Both the position numbers and the translations under genes were made by a program. DNA of 64,000 nucleotides. It comes from Vulcanimicrobiota bacterium (GTDB lineage: Bacteria; Vulcanimicrobiota; Xenobia; Xenobiales; JADMJV01). Of this stretch, positions 11,264 through 21,329 are shown piece by piece; positions within the stretch are counted from its first letter, which is position 1, and the number at the start of each line of letters is the position of its first letter. The notes beneath the pieces were generated by a model. The model made no database searches. It saw only the letters and a list, made by a program, of their open reading frames with translations, and was not told the DNA's origin. The stretch covers positions 119,513-183,512 of the forward strand of contig JBFWNU010000006.1 in the NCBI GenBank assembly GCA_050250895.1, given 5' to 3'.

Positions 11264-11628
11264 TGTGATTTCTCCTGTCGGGGTAGATTAGGTAGTTCGA
11301 AGACCGGACGAATCTCGACCGTTCCCCGTTTGACACCCGGGATGCGAGTGGCCACCTCGATCGCTTCGTCGAGATTCTCGACCTCAAGCAAATAGTAGCC
11401 TCCCAACTGCTCGTGGGTCTCGGCGAACGGTCCATCGGTAATCGTCCGCTTTCCGTTACGCACCCGCACGCTGGTGGCCGTTCTCACGGGGTGCAGCGGC
11501 GAGGCGCTCAGGTACTGTCCTCGACCCGCCAGTTCGTGGCACAGTTCGGTCGATTCGGCCATACAGGCGTTGCGCTCGTCGTCGGTCCAGGCGTTCTCAT
11601 CGCTGTAGATCAGCATCAAGTATTTCAT
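11260..11628 (-). CDS. YciI/DGPF-domain protein
   Basis: MKYLMLIY, DGPFAETHEQLGGYY, GTVEIRP; 4-nt overlap with the next gene. Confidence 0.9.
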   Translation of the reverse strand: MKYLMLIYSDENAWTDDERNACMAESTELCHELAGRGQYLSASPLHPVRTATSVRVRNGKRTITDGPFAETHEQLGGYYLLEVENLDEAIEVATRIPGVKRGTVEIRPVFELPNLPRQEKSQ

Positions 11629-11651
11629 TGGTTTGTCCCTTCTATCCGTTG

Positions 11652-11678
11652 GTCGACCGGGCGGAGCTCAGATCGACA
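11652..11678 (-). promoter_or_regulatory. Putative ECF42-type sigma factor promoter
   Basis: Minus strand TGTCGA-N17-CGAC directly upstream of two DGPF genes. Confidence 0.65.
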
Positions 11679-11690
11679 GGTCAACAAAAA

Positions 11691-13469
11691 TTAGCGACGC
11701 TCCAGACACAAGACGGTTACATCGTCGGCGGCATCGTGGCCGTCCGCGAAGCGATCGATTTCGGCGAACACCAGCCGCACGAGGTTGTCGGCATCGGGCC
11801 GCTCGGCCTGGGCCACCGCGGTCTGCAGCCGCTCGTCGCCGTAGAGGTCCCCCGAACCATCGCGGGCCTCGGTGACTCCGTCGGTGAAGGCGAACAGGAC
11901 CTGACCAGGGGTGAGGGTGAGGCCGCGTTCTTCGAACTCGACTCCGGTCACGATGCCCAGCGGCATGCCCGGGCACTCGGGCAGTTCGCGGACGCCGTCC
12001 TGGCCAATGAGCAAGGGGGGAGGATGGCCGGCCAGAGAATAGCGCAATTCGCCGGTGGTCACGTTGAAGACCCCATAGAAAGCTGTCAGAAACATATCCG
12101 AATCGTCATCCTGGCAGAGCCTTTGATTGACCCGGGCCAGGGTTTCGCTGGGGGTCTGGCCGCTCAGGCCAATGACTCGCAGGTGGGTTGCGCTGACCCC
12201 GACGTAAAGGGCGGCCGGAATGCCTTTGCCCGAGACATCTCCCACGAGCAGACCAAGATGCTGCTCGTCGATCCAGAAGAAGTCGAACAGGTCGCCACCC
12301 ACTTCGCGGGCCGGTTGGCTGCGGGCTGCCAGGGCAAAGCCTGAGCCGCGCGGCAGGTCGCGGGGCAGCAGGCTGCGCTGGAGGTCGGCCGCGACCTTAA
12401 GTTCGCTGGCCAGTCGCTCCTGTTTGGAGACCGATGAGCGCAGCTCGCGCACCAGCGCCTCGAACGAGCTTGCCATCTCGTCGACCTCGCGCGAGTGGCG
12501 CTCGACCGAGCGCTCGGCGGGCACATCGGCCTCGCCACGGGCGGCACGACTGACCAGCTGAGACAAGGTGGCGATGGGGGCGGCCAGCCGGCCGGCGGCG
12601 ATCCAGCTGACCCCGGCCAGCACCAGCAGGCCCAGGACCCCGATGATCGAGAGATCGGCGAGGGTTCGTTGCAGTTCAGCCATCTCTTCGCGGACGCCAT
12701 AGACGATGACGACCTCGAGCGGAGTTCCGGTGACCGGGTGAAAGATGAGCCAGGCCCGTCGCTGGTGGATCGGATCGGTGGCTTGGACCAGGGAGTGTTC
12801 GGCGGCGGATTCACGCTCGATGGCCACCAGCTGGTTGGCTACCGGACTCCCGCTGGAAGCCACCAGGTGCCCGGCCTTGCTAAGCAAAAGTCCGTAACGA
12901 CCAGGTTCGGACTTGATCGGCTCGAGTTCTTCGGCTAGCCCGTCGAGGCTCAGCCAGACCGTCAATACCCCCTGGGACTCTCCATCGAGATCGTTTAGTG
13001 GCAAAGAGAAAGCGGCCTCCCGGTCCTGGTTGACTTCAATCCAGCTGCCATGCGGCTGGACCGACGGCACTTCGGAGGCTTCGGTGAACACCACCTGGGC
13101 ATCTTTGAGGGTGCAGGTGATGGCCGTTCCCGAGTTCCACTGCACGGCAATCCGGTCCAGCTCTGGATTGGCCAGCGCCACCCCCTCGAGGTAGCGGGTC
13201 ATGGCCTCGGGACGCAGGGGGGCGTGACGCCCCAGATAGCTGCTGGCCAGACGGGCCGTGAGGGCCGCGCCGGCGAAGGTCCGCCCGACGCGTTCGGCAT
13301 AGTAGGCAACCTGATTCGAGGCGTCGCTTTCGAGCTTGTCCAACCAGCGGGCATGCAGTCGCCAGGCCCCAAAGGCCAGCAGAGCCATGAGCAACACGGC
13401 TGTGCTTCCGGTCAGGGCCACCACCATGCGGGCCCGCAGACGCGGTGTTCTCGGAGCAGAGTCAGCCAT
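11691..13469 (-). CDS. Membrane SpoIIE/PP2C phosphatase with Cache-like and HAMP domains
   Basis: Two TM helices around a sensor region, HAMP, then GGDLFD, GDVSGKG, FTDGVTEA, ADDVT. Confidence 0.88.
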   Translation of the reverse strand: MADSAPRTPRLRARMVVALTGSTAVLLMALLAFGAWRLHARWLDKLESDASNQVAYYAERVGRTFAGAALTARLASSYLGRHAPLRPEAMTRYLEGVALANPELDRIAVQWNSGTAITCTLKDAQVVFTEASEVPSVQPHGSWIEVNQDREAAFSLPLNDLDGESQGVLTVWLSLDGLAEELEPIKSEPGRYGLLLSKAGHLVASSGSPVANQLVAIERESAAEHSLVQATDPIHQRRAWLIFHPVTGTPLEVVIVYGVREEMAELQRTLADLSIIGVLGLLVLAGVSWIAAGRLAAPIATLSQLVSRAARGEADVPAERSVERHSREVDEMASSFEALVRELRSSVSKQERLASELKVAADLQRSLLPRDLPRGSGFALAARSQPAREVGGDLFDFFWIDEQHLGLLVGDVSGKGIPAALYVGVSATHLRVIGLSGQTPSETLARVNQRLCQDDDSDMFLTAFYGVFNVTTGELRYSLAGHPPPLLIGQDGVRELPECPGMPLGIVTGVEFEERGLTLTPGQVLFAFTDGVTEARDGSGDLYGDERLQTAVAQAERPDADNLVRLVFAEIDRFADGHDAADDVTVLCLERR

Positions 13470-16400
13470 CGGGATGGCTATCTAAAAGGGCTTCCAGAAA
13501 GGCTAGCTCGTGATGGTCTTCGACCTCTTCAAGGGCTTTGTTGATGGCCGTGTAGACCGAAGACACCAGCACCGGCACCATGCGAGCATCGCGGTCGAGG
13601 CCTTTGAGCACCTTTTTGACCAGGCCGTGGGCCGGATTGATCTCGGTGATGCCGGATTGCGGGCGATGATAGATGAAGTAGCGTTTGCCCAGCTGAAAGA
13701 ACCTGGTGGGTTCGCCCCAGCATAGTCCGGTCAGCAGTTCGGGCGGCAGTCCCAGTTCTGGATCGGCGCAGATTCGAGCGAACTCTCTGCGCAGGGCCTT
13801 GAGCAGTTTCTGTTCGGGAGGCTCCTGCTGGGGCTTTTCCAGCTTGTCCACGTGGCAGCCGAAAAGGTTCTGATAGTAGGACTCGGACAGCAATCCCCCC
13901 AGTTCGGCCACCACCTGTTCCTGGCCCGGGTCGTCGAGACCAGGGTCGGCCACCCTGAGTCGTCCGGTCTGCTGGACCACCTGATAGAGAGCGTCGAGGC
14001 TGGTCAGGCTATGACCGTTGGCAGGCAGAAAGTGGAGCCGGGTGAGCGGGCTGTGGCCGCCCAGTTCGAGTTGGCGCATGACCTTCGCGCGCTGGGCAGC
14101 GACATACCCGTAGAGATAGACCTGACCACGGCGAAATTCGGGCTCGTGGGGTTCGAGGGTGATCATGCATTCCGCCAGCATCTGATAAAGCTCATCGATC
14201 TCGCGCTCGAGCACCTCTTGCTCGGCCTCCGATAGGACCTCGCCGGGGATGTCCACCCAGCCGCTGACCCGGATCTCGGCGGGGTCGAATTCTCCGACCC
14301 GGCGGTCTTGCTGATAGATGACCACGGCGTTGGCGCCCGTGCGAGGCACGCACAGGTGTCCGGCCAGCCCCTCGCGTTTGAAAGACTTGCCGACCAGCTT
14401 CGGGGTCGCCAGTAAGAGGGATAGCTCTCGCTCGCGCTGGCTACGGGCCTGCTCGGCTGCCGGGGCGGGTGGGTCGGCGGACTCGGGCGGCTGGTCGCCA
14501 AAGATGGGCACGGCCACCGGTGGCGGCAAAGGGGCTGGCTCGTCGTTAGAGAGGACGGCCTCCTCGGCAGGTGCTTCAAGCACCTGGTGAAACTCGGCTT
14601 TGAGGCGATCGAGTTCAGCCTGCTCTTGTTCGGCGGTTTTCTGCTGCGGCATCGGCTCGAGCTGCTCGGCTCGGGCGGCGGCGGGCAACTGCGCCTGATG
14701 CTTGCGCTCGGCCATGCGGGGCTCTTCAAAACTGGCTTCGACCACTTCCTCGAGGCCAAAGATCTTCTCGAGCACTTGATGGCTGGCCGTGCTGGCGTCG
14801 AGAGCGTGGTCGTCGTCGCTCTTGGGGCCGCCGAAGGCGACCGTAACCGACCCGAATTCGGCTACCCAGCGGGCGATGTCGGCCAGGCTGACCCTGGCCT
14901 GCTGGCGGGTTTCGAAGAGCGGCGCCAGCCAGGACTTCTCGCCCAACACGGCCCGCGCCCGTTGCTGACGCACCTGGGAGTCGAGAGTGAGGCTGTCTCC
15001 TAGCGAACTCAGCAGCCAGCTCCAATAGCTCATCAGGTGCTCCCGGGCTCGAAAACGTCGAAGCTGGTGCTCGGTGTCCATAACTATTTGAGCCTCGAGG
15101 CCGGCGAAAAGTTCCGGAGCCATTTGCTCGATAGCCTGCAAGCCCATGCGCTCGAGCTGGGCCAGGCGAACGCTCGTCTGCGCGAACAGGCACCAGCCTC
15201 GAAACTGGCTCTCGACCCCCCGCTGCTCTTTGGCCGAGGCGTACACGACCCGACATACACCGTCGGGGTGCCGGTTGGGGATGCCGACCAGGAAGTGGAC
15301 CTTGCCGACGGCTGCTTGCGTCTGCAGTAAGAACGGAATGGACTCGGCCGTCTCGACTTGACCCCGTCGCCCCCCCCGGCTGGCGCGCACCAGATCGCCG
15401 TTGACGAAATGCACCTTCGGAAAGAGCTTGCGCAGAGTGCGCACCTGGCGTTCGCTCGGACACAACACCAGCCAATCCGAGGGGAGCTTGGCGTAAGGGA
15501 GCTTTTTGGTAGTGAGGCTCAGCTGGCCTTCCTTGTCGTATTCGAGCTTGATGTTGCGCAACGAGCGCAGTCGCCCCTTGAGGTCGGGAAAGATGCAAAT
15601 GTCGAGCAACTTCTGCAGATTGTCGGGGAGCGAGTCGATGTCTTCTAGATCGCGGGCACTGAGCCACTCGTCAAAGAAGGCGAGCAGATACGAGAACACG
15701 GTCTCGCGCTGGTAGGATGGGATGCGTCGCCGGCCCAGTTCTTGTGACAGCGAGAGCAACACGTCTTGCAGCTTGGTGATACAGGCGAAATAGGCTTCGT
15801 CTTCGACCACGTCCGACTGAGAGGCGTTCTTTCTTACCGATTCGCTCTCGACGATCATGGCCACCGGTGGATGGATGCGCTTCTCCCAGCGCCGACAGAC
15901 CTGGACTCCGTAGCGCAGAAAGGTCAGGCTGGTCTGCTCCAGTTGGCCATAGCCCAGACCGACCGCGCCTCGCACCTCTACGCTCTCGAAGCGGTGGTTG
16001 GGCCAGGGGGTGCCCATGTAGAGTGTGCTCTCAGAGCAGATATTGTTGCCGTTGAGGGTGAGAACGATACGGCAGTTGTGGCAGTGGGTCTGCAACAAGG
16101 CGACGTCTTTGCCGCCGGCTTCGACCTCGATTTCGAAGAAGTGGAACTTCTCGGGCGGGCTTTTGACCACTTGCTCCAACTGGTTGGTTTCCGCCGTCTT
16201 GCGCCACTGGAAGCCGTTACAATCCAGGCGGATGGCGGTGGGGTTCAGCGCCTGGCACGAGACGAGGCCGAGGGCTAGTTCACGCGTTCTGTCTTGAGCC
16301 CGATCGCGCCCGGACGAGAAGAGATGATCGTAGAGCGTCTCTAGTTCAAAGCGGTCGTAGCCGGGCCCGTTGAAATGGATTTTGAGCCGGTCCTCTCGCA

Positions 16401-16599
16401 GTTCGCGCCGTTCATAGTCAGCGTGAATCTCGGTGGCGCCGCTGGCGATGAAGCCCTGAATCAGCTGCAGAATATAGAAGTTTGGGTCGGGCAACTGAAA
16501 GCGCTTGAGTTTCTCTTTGGCCTTGTCCATAGCCAGCGAGAAGGAAGCCTTGCGTTCTTCCACCGCGCCTTCGGTGATAAGCTCTTCTAAGAAACTCAT
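13462..16599 (-). CDS. Large protein with degenerate Hsp90/GHKL-like N-terminal domain
   Basis: FQLPDPNFYILQLIQ aligns with FSDPFTFYRELIQ of its neighbour; C-terminal INPAHGLV; ATP-binding residues missing. Confidence 0.7.
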   Translation of the reverse strand: MSFLEELITEGAVEERKASFSLAMDKAKEKLKRFQLPDPNFYILQLIQGFIASGATEIHADYERRELREDRLKIHFNGPGYDRFELETLYDHLFSSGRDRAQDRTRELALGLVSCQALNPTAIRLDCNGFQWRKTAETNQLEQVVKSPPEKFHFFEIEVEAGGKDVALLQTHCHNCRIVLTLNGNNICSESTLYMGTPWPNHRFESVEVRGAVGLGYGQLEQTSLTFLRYGVQVCRRWEKRIHPPVAMIVESESVRKNASQSDVVEDEAYFACITKLQDVLLSLSQELGRRRIPSYQRETVFSYLLAFFDEWLSARDLEDIDSLPDNLQKLLDICIFPDLKGRLRSLRNIKLEYDKEGQLSLTTKKLPYAKLPSDWLVLCPSERQVRTLRKLFPKVHFVNGDLVRASRGGRRGQVETAESIPFLLQTQAAVGKVHFLVGIPNRHPDGVCRVVYASAKEQRGVESQFRGWCLFAQTSVRLAQLERMGLQAIEQMAPELFAGLEAQIVMDTEHQLRRFRAREHLMSYWSWLLSSLGDSLTLDSQVRQQRARAVLGEKSWLAPLFETRQQARVSLADIARWVAEFGSVTVAFGGPKSDDDHALDASTASHQVLEKIFGLEEVVEASFEEPRMAERKHQAQLPAAARAEQLEPMPQQKTAEQEQAELDRLKAEFHQVLEAPAEEAVLSNDEPAPLPPPVAVPIFGDQPPESADPPAPAAEQARSQRERELSLLLATPKLVGKSFKREGLAGHLCVPRTGANAVVIYQQDRRVGEFDPAEIRVSGWVDIPGEVLSEAEQEVLEREIDELYQMLAECMITLEPHEPEFRRGQVYLYGYVAAQRAKVMRQLELGGHSPLTRLHFLPANGHSLTSLDALYQVVQQTGRLRVADPGLDDPGQEQVVAELGGLLSESYYQNLFGCHVDKLEKPQQEPPEQKLLKALRREFARICADPELGLPPELLTGLCWGEPTRFFQLGKRYFIYHRPQSGITEINPAHGLVKKVLKGLDRDARMVPVLVSSVYTAINKALEEVEDHHELAFLEALLDSHPDG

Positions 16600-18161
16600 G
16601 CTTTGATCGACATCGCCCTCTCGGCTATCCTGGCTTCGACCTTGTCAGGCAAGCCATCTTGCAACAGAGCCGCCTTAGCCAGCACGAAAGCGGCCAGCAA
16701 AGGACTGTGTTCAGCCTGGGCCAGGGCTTTCTTGACCAGGGGATGACGGCGATTGTAGAGCAACACTCCTGGAATCACCTGCAAGCGACTCCAGAAGCCA
16801 CGCTCGAACAAGCGGACGGGCTCGCCCAGGTGTCGCTGGACCAGGCACGGTCGATCCGAGATGGTCGAGCCTTCATAGTCGAAGTCGGCCAACTGCACCT
16901 TCATGACCGAGGCTTTGCCGCGTCGCAGCATGGCCACCACATTCCAACCGATCTTGCGCAGCGTGGGTGGGGCGTCGAGCGGTACGGGGGTGGCTACACT
17001 AGCGCAGGCCGAGCGCGCCGGCCGGCCGCAGACCGCCTCGAGACCGGCCGCCAGACTGGTGTCGACACTGGTCCAGAAGACGGGGATTCCCTCTTCATGG
17101 AGTCGTTTGCTGACCTCGGTCGGGCGCGAGTCGACATACACGCACTCTTCGGATTGGGCGGCGGCGCGAGCTTGTTGAATCGACTGAGGAGGTCCATGCA
17201 GCACGGGAAAGAGAGGTAACTCGGCAAAGGAGGAGGGGAAGTAGTCTCGCCAGCGGCTGAGCGCTGCCCCCGCACTGGCCATGAGATGACTGAGTTCGGC
17301 GGCCGTCTCGGGATAGTTCCTGAGCAACTCCATCACCTGTTTTTGGAAGGCGGCGCTGAGATCTTCGCGGATGACCCTGGCCAGCAGCTTCATGGCTTTG
17401 TGATAGTTTTCGTCTTCGAGCACGTTGTCGCGGGTGAGGGTGTGTTCGAGGTAGCGCGACTTGATCTTGAAAGTGACCCCAGGAAACTGCTCCTGGTAGC
17501 CGACTTTGAGGGTCAGGCCCTGATTGTACATCGCGAAGGCGGGTTGCAGCGAACTGGTGTAGCCGGCCACCACCTCGGTGCCCTGGCCTTCATAGTAGAA
17601 CTGGCAGGGCGAGTCTACCCGAAGCTTTTCGTTGATGACTTCGCCGTTGAAGGTGATCTCGTTCTCTGAGTGACAGCACCAGAACTTGATCGTCTCGAGC
17701 GACCGACGTTCGAACTCGGCCAGATCCTGGGGCCGAATTCTCTTGTAGACCCGGATCGAGGTTCCCTCGATGGGCATCTCGAGTCGTAAGATGCGAAAGT
17801 CGGTGGTGCCGTCGAAGGCTACCCGATAAAACTCGCCTTCACGACCCGTGTCCACCAACACCAACTCAGGCACGATGGCGAAGACCGACACGAAGCCGAT
17901 GCCGAACTTGCCGATCTTGGTGAAATCGTTCTCTTTGGTGGATGAAAAGAGGCGGGTCAATTTGGATACGATCACGTCCAGGGTCATACCCTCGCCCGTG
18001 TCCGCCACGGTGGCCAATACCATCTTCTGGTCTTCTAGCCAGTCGACGGTGACATCGACTCGGCCCGAGCCTGCATCCATGGCGTTTTGAATGAGTTCGC
18101 GGTAGAAGGTGAAGGGGTCGCTGAATTGGCCCACCAGGTTTTCGAAGACATCTTCGATCAT
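16596..18161 (-). CDS. Hsp90/HtpG-like GHKL ATPase
   Basis: FYRELIQNAMDA, DTGEGM, IGKFGIGFVSVF, GTSI; C-terminal NRRHPLV. Confidence 0.85.
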   Translation of the reverse strand: MIEDVFENLVGQFSDPFTFYRELIQNAMDAGSGRVDVTVDWLEDQKMVLATVADTGEGMTLDVIVSKLTRLFSSTKENDFTKIGKFGIGFVSVFAIVPELVLVDTGREGEFYRVAFDGTTDFRILRLEMPIEGTSIRVYKRIRPQDLAEFERRSLETIKFWCCHSENEITFNGEVINEKLRVDSPCQFYYEGQGTEVVAGYTSSLQPAFAMYNQGLTLKVGYQEQFPGVTFKIKSRYLEHTLTRDNVLEDENYHKAMKLLARVIREDLSAAFQKQVMELLRNYPETAAELSHLMASAGAALSRWRDYFPSSFAELPLFPVLHGPPQSIQQARAAAQSEECVYVDSRPTEVSKRLHEEGIPVFWTSVDTSLAAGLEAVCGRPARSACASVATPVPLDAPPTLRKIGWNVVAMLRRGKASVMKVQLADFDYEGSTISDRPCLVQRHLGEPVRLFERGFWSRLQVIPGVLLYNRRHPLVKKALAQAEHSPLLAAFVLAKAALLQDGLPDKVEARIAERAMSIKA

Positions 18162-18281
18162 TGACGCAACCCTTTGTTCTTGCCGAGAAGGCTTCCTGCC
18201 CGGCAGTTCGAAGCGACCTTGGCGCGACTTCCGGTGAGCCCGGCGGTTCTATCCAGAAAGTCGTTTCAAGAAGGAGTGCCC

Positions 18282-18905
18282 ATGAACAGATTTTGGATCA
18301 CCCCAATGCTTTTGCTCGGTCTGGCCGCCTGTGCCGCCAATCCCGCCGACAACAAGCCCAGAGCCAACGTTACCGAGGCCACGCCCGCGGCTACGGCGGC
18401 CCCTCGCGTTGAAGGCAAAGAGTACGCGCTCACCGGCGACTCGAAGGTGGGCTTTGTCGGCTCCAAAGTGACCGGCAGCCACGAAGGCCAGTTCAAGAAG
18501 GTCGACGGCTCGATCATCGTGCCCGAGGGAGACATCACGAAGGGCCAGGTGAACATCAACATCGATATGGCGTCGGTAGAGTCCGATGCCGCCAAGCTGA
18601 CCGGGCATCTGAAGTCGCCCGACTTCTTCGACGTCACCAATCACCCGCAATCGACCTTTCAGTCGACCTCGATCACCGGGAGCGGTCCCGACTACGAGGT
18701 GAAAGGCAATCTCAGCCTGCGCGGAAAGACCAGGGAGATCACCTTTCCGGCGACGATCGCGGTGGCCGAGGATACCGTTTCGGCGCAGGCCGAGTTCTCG
18801 ATCGACCGCAACGACTTCGACATCAAATACCCGGGCAAGCCCGACGACCTGATTCGACCCGAGGTGGTCATCAAGTTCGACGTGACCGCCCAGCCTCGGA
18901 GTTGA
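18282..18905 (+). CDS. YceI family lipoprotein
   Basis: AAGGAG RBS; lipobox LAAC; HLKSPDFFDV, GNLSLRG, IDRNDFDI. Confidence 0.88.
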   Translation: MNRFWITPMLLLGLAACAANPADNKPRANVTEATPAATAAPRVEGKEYALTGDSKVGFVGSKVTGSHEGQFKKVDGSIIVPEGDITKGQVNINIDMASVESDAAKLTGHLKSPDFFDVTNHPQSTFQSTSITGSGPDYEVKGNLSLRGKTREITFPATIAVAEDTVSAQAEFSIDRNDFDIKYPGKPDDLIRPEVVIKFDVTAQPRS

Positions 18906-18906
18906 C

Positions 18907-19263
18907 GTGGCCGATTTTGAAGTCGATCAAGAGCTTTTGGATACGCTGGTCGACGGCGATGTCGAGTTTGCGCAGGACCTCATCGACACTTACGTCACCT
19001 CCACCACCGAGCAGTTGGTAGAGCTGCGTGCGGCCGCCGACCGGGGCCAGGCTCAAGCCTTTACCAAGACGGTCCACACCATCAAAGGAGCCAGCGCCAG
19101 TCTCGGTCAGGTTTCGACTCAGGCTTTCGCGCTCAGCCTCGAGCGGGCGGCCAGGGCAGAGAACCTGGAATTCTGCCGGCAGAATCTAGAGGGCTTTGAG
19201 GCTGCGGTCCGAGCCAGTCATGCCTATCTGAGGCAGTATCTCAACAGCTTCACAGATAGTTAA
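18907..19263 (+). CDS. Stand-alone Hpt phosphotransfer protein
   Basis: VHTIKGASASLG motif in a helical protein. Confidence 0.85.
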   Translation: MADFEVDQELLDTLVDGDVEFAQDLIDTYVTSTTEQLVELRAAADRGQAQAFTKTVHTIKGASASLGQVSTQAFALSLERAARAENLEFCRQNLEGFEAAVRASHAYLRQYLNSFTDS

Positions 19264-19298
19264 CAACTCGTCCCGGGGGATTGAGACACACTCTCGGA

Positions 19299-20753
19299 GT
19301 GAGAATAGCCAATTCCAGTCCAGTTCGCCTGAACCACCCGGCCTGCTTCCATCAGCATCGCCATAACTCGAACGCCACCGCGCCGGTGGATGCTTTCGTG
19401 CCCAGCGTCAGCGGACCGAGCATCCCCGAACAGGGCGAAGCCGGACTGGGCGATTCGCTCTTTCCCCACCTCGGCAACGGGGGCTATGACGCGCAACACT
19501 ATCGGATCGAGGTCGATGTCGACGAGCGCGGCTCGTTGCGGGGTAAGTCCACCATGACGGCCACGGCCGCCCGCGACCTGGCCAGCTTCAATTTGGACTT
19601 TCGGGGCTTCGACATCGCGAAGATTACGGTGGACGGACAGTCGGCCCGCTTCGAGCGCCAGGACGCCGAACTCATCGTCCATCCCCAACAGGTTCTCTCT
19701 GGCGGTCAGGATTTCGATGTCTCGGTGGAGTATGCCGGCACCCCCAACGGCTATCGTTCACCCTATGCTCCGGTGCGACTCGGCTGGAACAACTTTCGTG
19801 ACGGTAGCTATGTGGTCAGCCAGCCTGACGGGGCTTCTGCCTGGTATCCTGTCAACGACCACCCCAGCGACAAGGCGACCTATGACTTCGAAATCACCGT
19901 CCCCAGGCCGATGGTAGCGGTGGCCAACGGTGTGCTCGAGAGCGCTGTCGACAAAGGCGACAAGACCACCTACACCTGGAAGGCGCGCGACCCGATGGCC
20001 AGCTATCTAGCCACCGTGCATGTGGGCGACTACGTCCGTCGTGAGCAGACCGGGCCCAACGGCTTGCCGATTCGCCATTACTTCCCGGCCGATATTGCCG
20101 ATGAAGCAGCCTATGACTTCGGTCGCGTGCCGGAAATGCTCGAATACTTCGGAAACCTTTTCGGTCCCTATCCGTTCGAAGTCTACGGAGGGATCGTCAT
20201 GGACACGCAGATCGGCGGGGCCGCGCTCGAGACGCAGACCCTGCCCCTTTACGAGCGGGGAATGGTGACCGGCAACCGGGCCTACGAAACGGTCTATGTG
20301 CACGAGTTGGCCCACCACTGGTTTGGCGATAGCGTGTCGCTCAAAGATTGGCGCGACATCTGGCTCAACGAAGGTTTCGCCACCTATGCTCAGTGGCTTT
20401 GGGATGAGCGCAACCAGGGTCGTGAGGCCATCGAGCGCGAGGCTGAGTCAGTCCATCGCCGGCTGAGCCGAGGCGGGGGCGAGCCGGTGGCAAAACCGGG
20501 TGCGGACGGCCTCTTCAGCCATCGGGTCTATATGCAGGGCGGTCTGACTCTGCATGCCTTTCGGCGCGAAGTGGGCGACGAGAAGTTCTTTCAGACGGTT
20601 CGCACCTATTTCGATCGCTATCAGGGCAAGACGGCCGACACCGAAGACTTTATCAAGGTGGCGAGCGAGGTGGCCGAACGTCCGATGGACGAATTCTTCG
20701 GCAAGTGGCTCTACGGTTCGCGTCTGCCCGATCTACCCCCGAGGACGGCTTGA
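19299..20753 (+). CDS. M1 family zinc aminopeptidase
   Basis: GNGGYD, NDHPSDKA, MASYL, ALETQ, HELAHHWFG...WLNEGFATY; start 19281 or 19299. Confidence 0.92.
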   Translation: MRIANSSPVRLNHPACFHQHRHNSNATAPVDAFVPSVSGPSIPEQGEAGLGDSLFPHLGNGGYDAQHYRIEVDVDERGSLRGKSTMTATAARDLASFNLDFRGFDIAKITVDGQSARFERQDAELIVHPQQVLSGGQDFDVSVEYAGTPNGYRSPYAPVRLGWNNFRDGSYVVSQPDGASAWYPVNDHPSDKATYDFEITVPRPMVAVANGVLESAVDKGDKTTYTWKARDPMASYLATVHVGDYVRREQTGPNGLPIRHYFPADIADEAAYDFGRVPEMLEYFGNLFGPYPFEVYGGIVMDTQIGGAALETQTLPLYERGMVTGNRAYETVYVHELAHHWFGDSVSLKDWRDIWLNEGFATYAQWLWDERNQGREAIEREAESVHRRLSRGGGEPVAKPGADGLFSHRVYMQGGLTLHAFRREVGDEKFFQTVRTYFDRYQGKTADTEDFIKVASEVAERPMDEFFGKWLYGSRLPDLPPRTA

Positions 20754-21325
20754 GAAGCAGACTGGTCTATCTGCTGCTGCCGCTGGTCTTGCTAGCGGGT
20801 TGCCGTTCCAAGCATCCGGGTTGGAGCGAGACCATCGACGCTCCCTATCATTTTATCCTGGCCGCCAGCGGTCGTGACAAACTCAAAGTCAAGCCATCCC
20901 GCCTCGCTTTCGGCCAGTCCGGGCCCGAGCAGGTCGAGGCCTTTGTGAAAGAGTTTCCCCTGCCCCTCAAGGTGTTCGAGGTCGAGCAAGAGTATGGCGG
21001 CATTCCCTATCTCGAGGCCGACTATGGCGAATTGCGTCTGATCTATCGCTTCGACTCCGCCGGTAAGACTCTACAATCGATTACCGTGCTTCATATCCAG
21101 GCCGACGACTCGCCGGTGCCTGACCGGCTTTTGTCGTTGCTGAGCGACGCCTACGGACGACCCGACAGCGTCGATCCTCTCGAGGTGACCGTCGACGGCG
21201 AAAAGATCACCACCGACATCACGATCTCGCACTGGCAGCGCTCGGCGTTTCGAGTGTCCTTGCGAGTGCCCAGGGACACCCACCGCGAGGCCCAGGTGAT
21301 CGTGCTCGAGTTTCGGGCACCCTAG
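20750..21325 (+). CDS. Hypothetical lipoprotein
   Basis: TTG overlaps the upstream stop; MRSRLVYLLLPLVLLAGC lipobox. Confidence 0.65.
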   Translation: MRSRLVYLLLPLVLLAGCRSKHPGWSETIDAPYHFILAASGRDKLKVKPSRLAFGQSGPEQVEAFVKEFPLPLKVFEVEQEYGGIPYLEADYGELRLIYRFDSAGKTLQSITVLHIQADDSPVPDRLLSLLSDAYGRPDSVDPLEVTVDGEKITTDITISHWQRSAFRVSLRVPRDTHREAQVIVLEFRAP

Positions 21326-21329
21326 ACCC

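Noticed and set aside
16596-18161. Canonical htpG
   Set aside because: Shorter than HtpG and lacking its typical middle-domain motifs; reported as HtpG-like only.
19299-20753. GAMEN motif replaced by AALET as a sign of inactivity
   Set aside because: The ALET variant is common in this bacterial M1 subgroup, and the HEXXH...E zinc site is intact.
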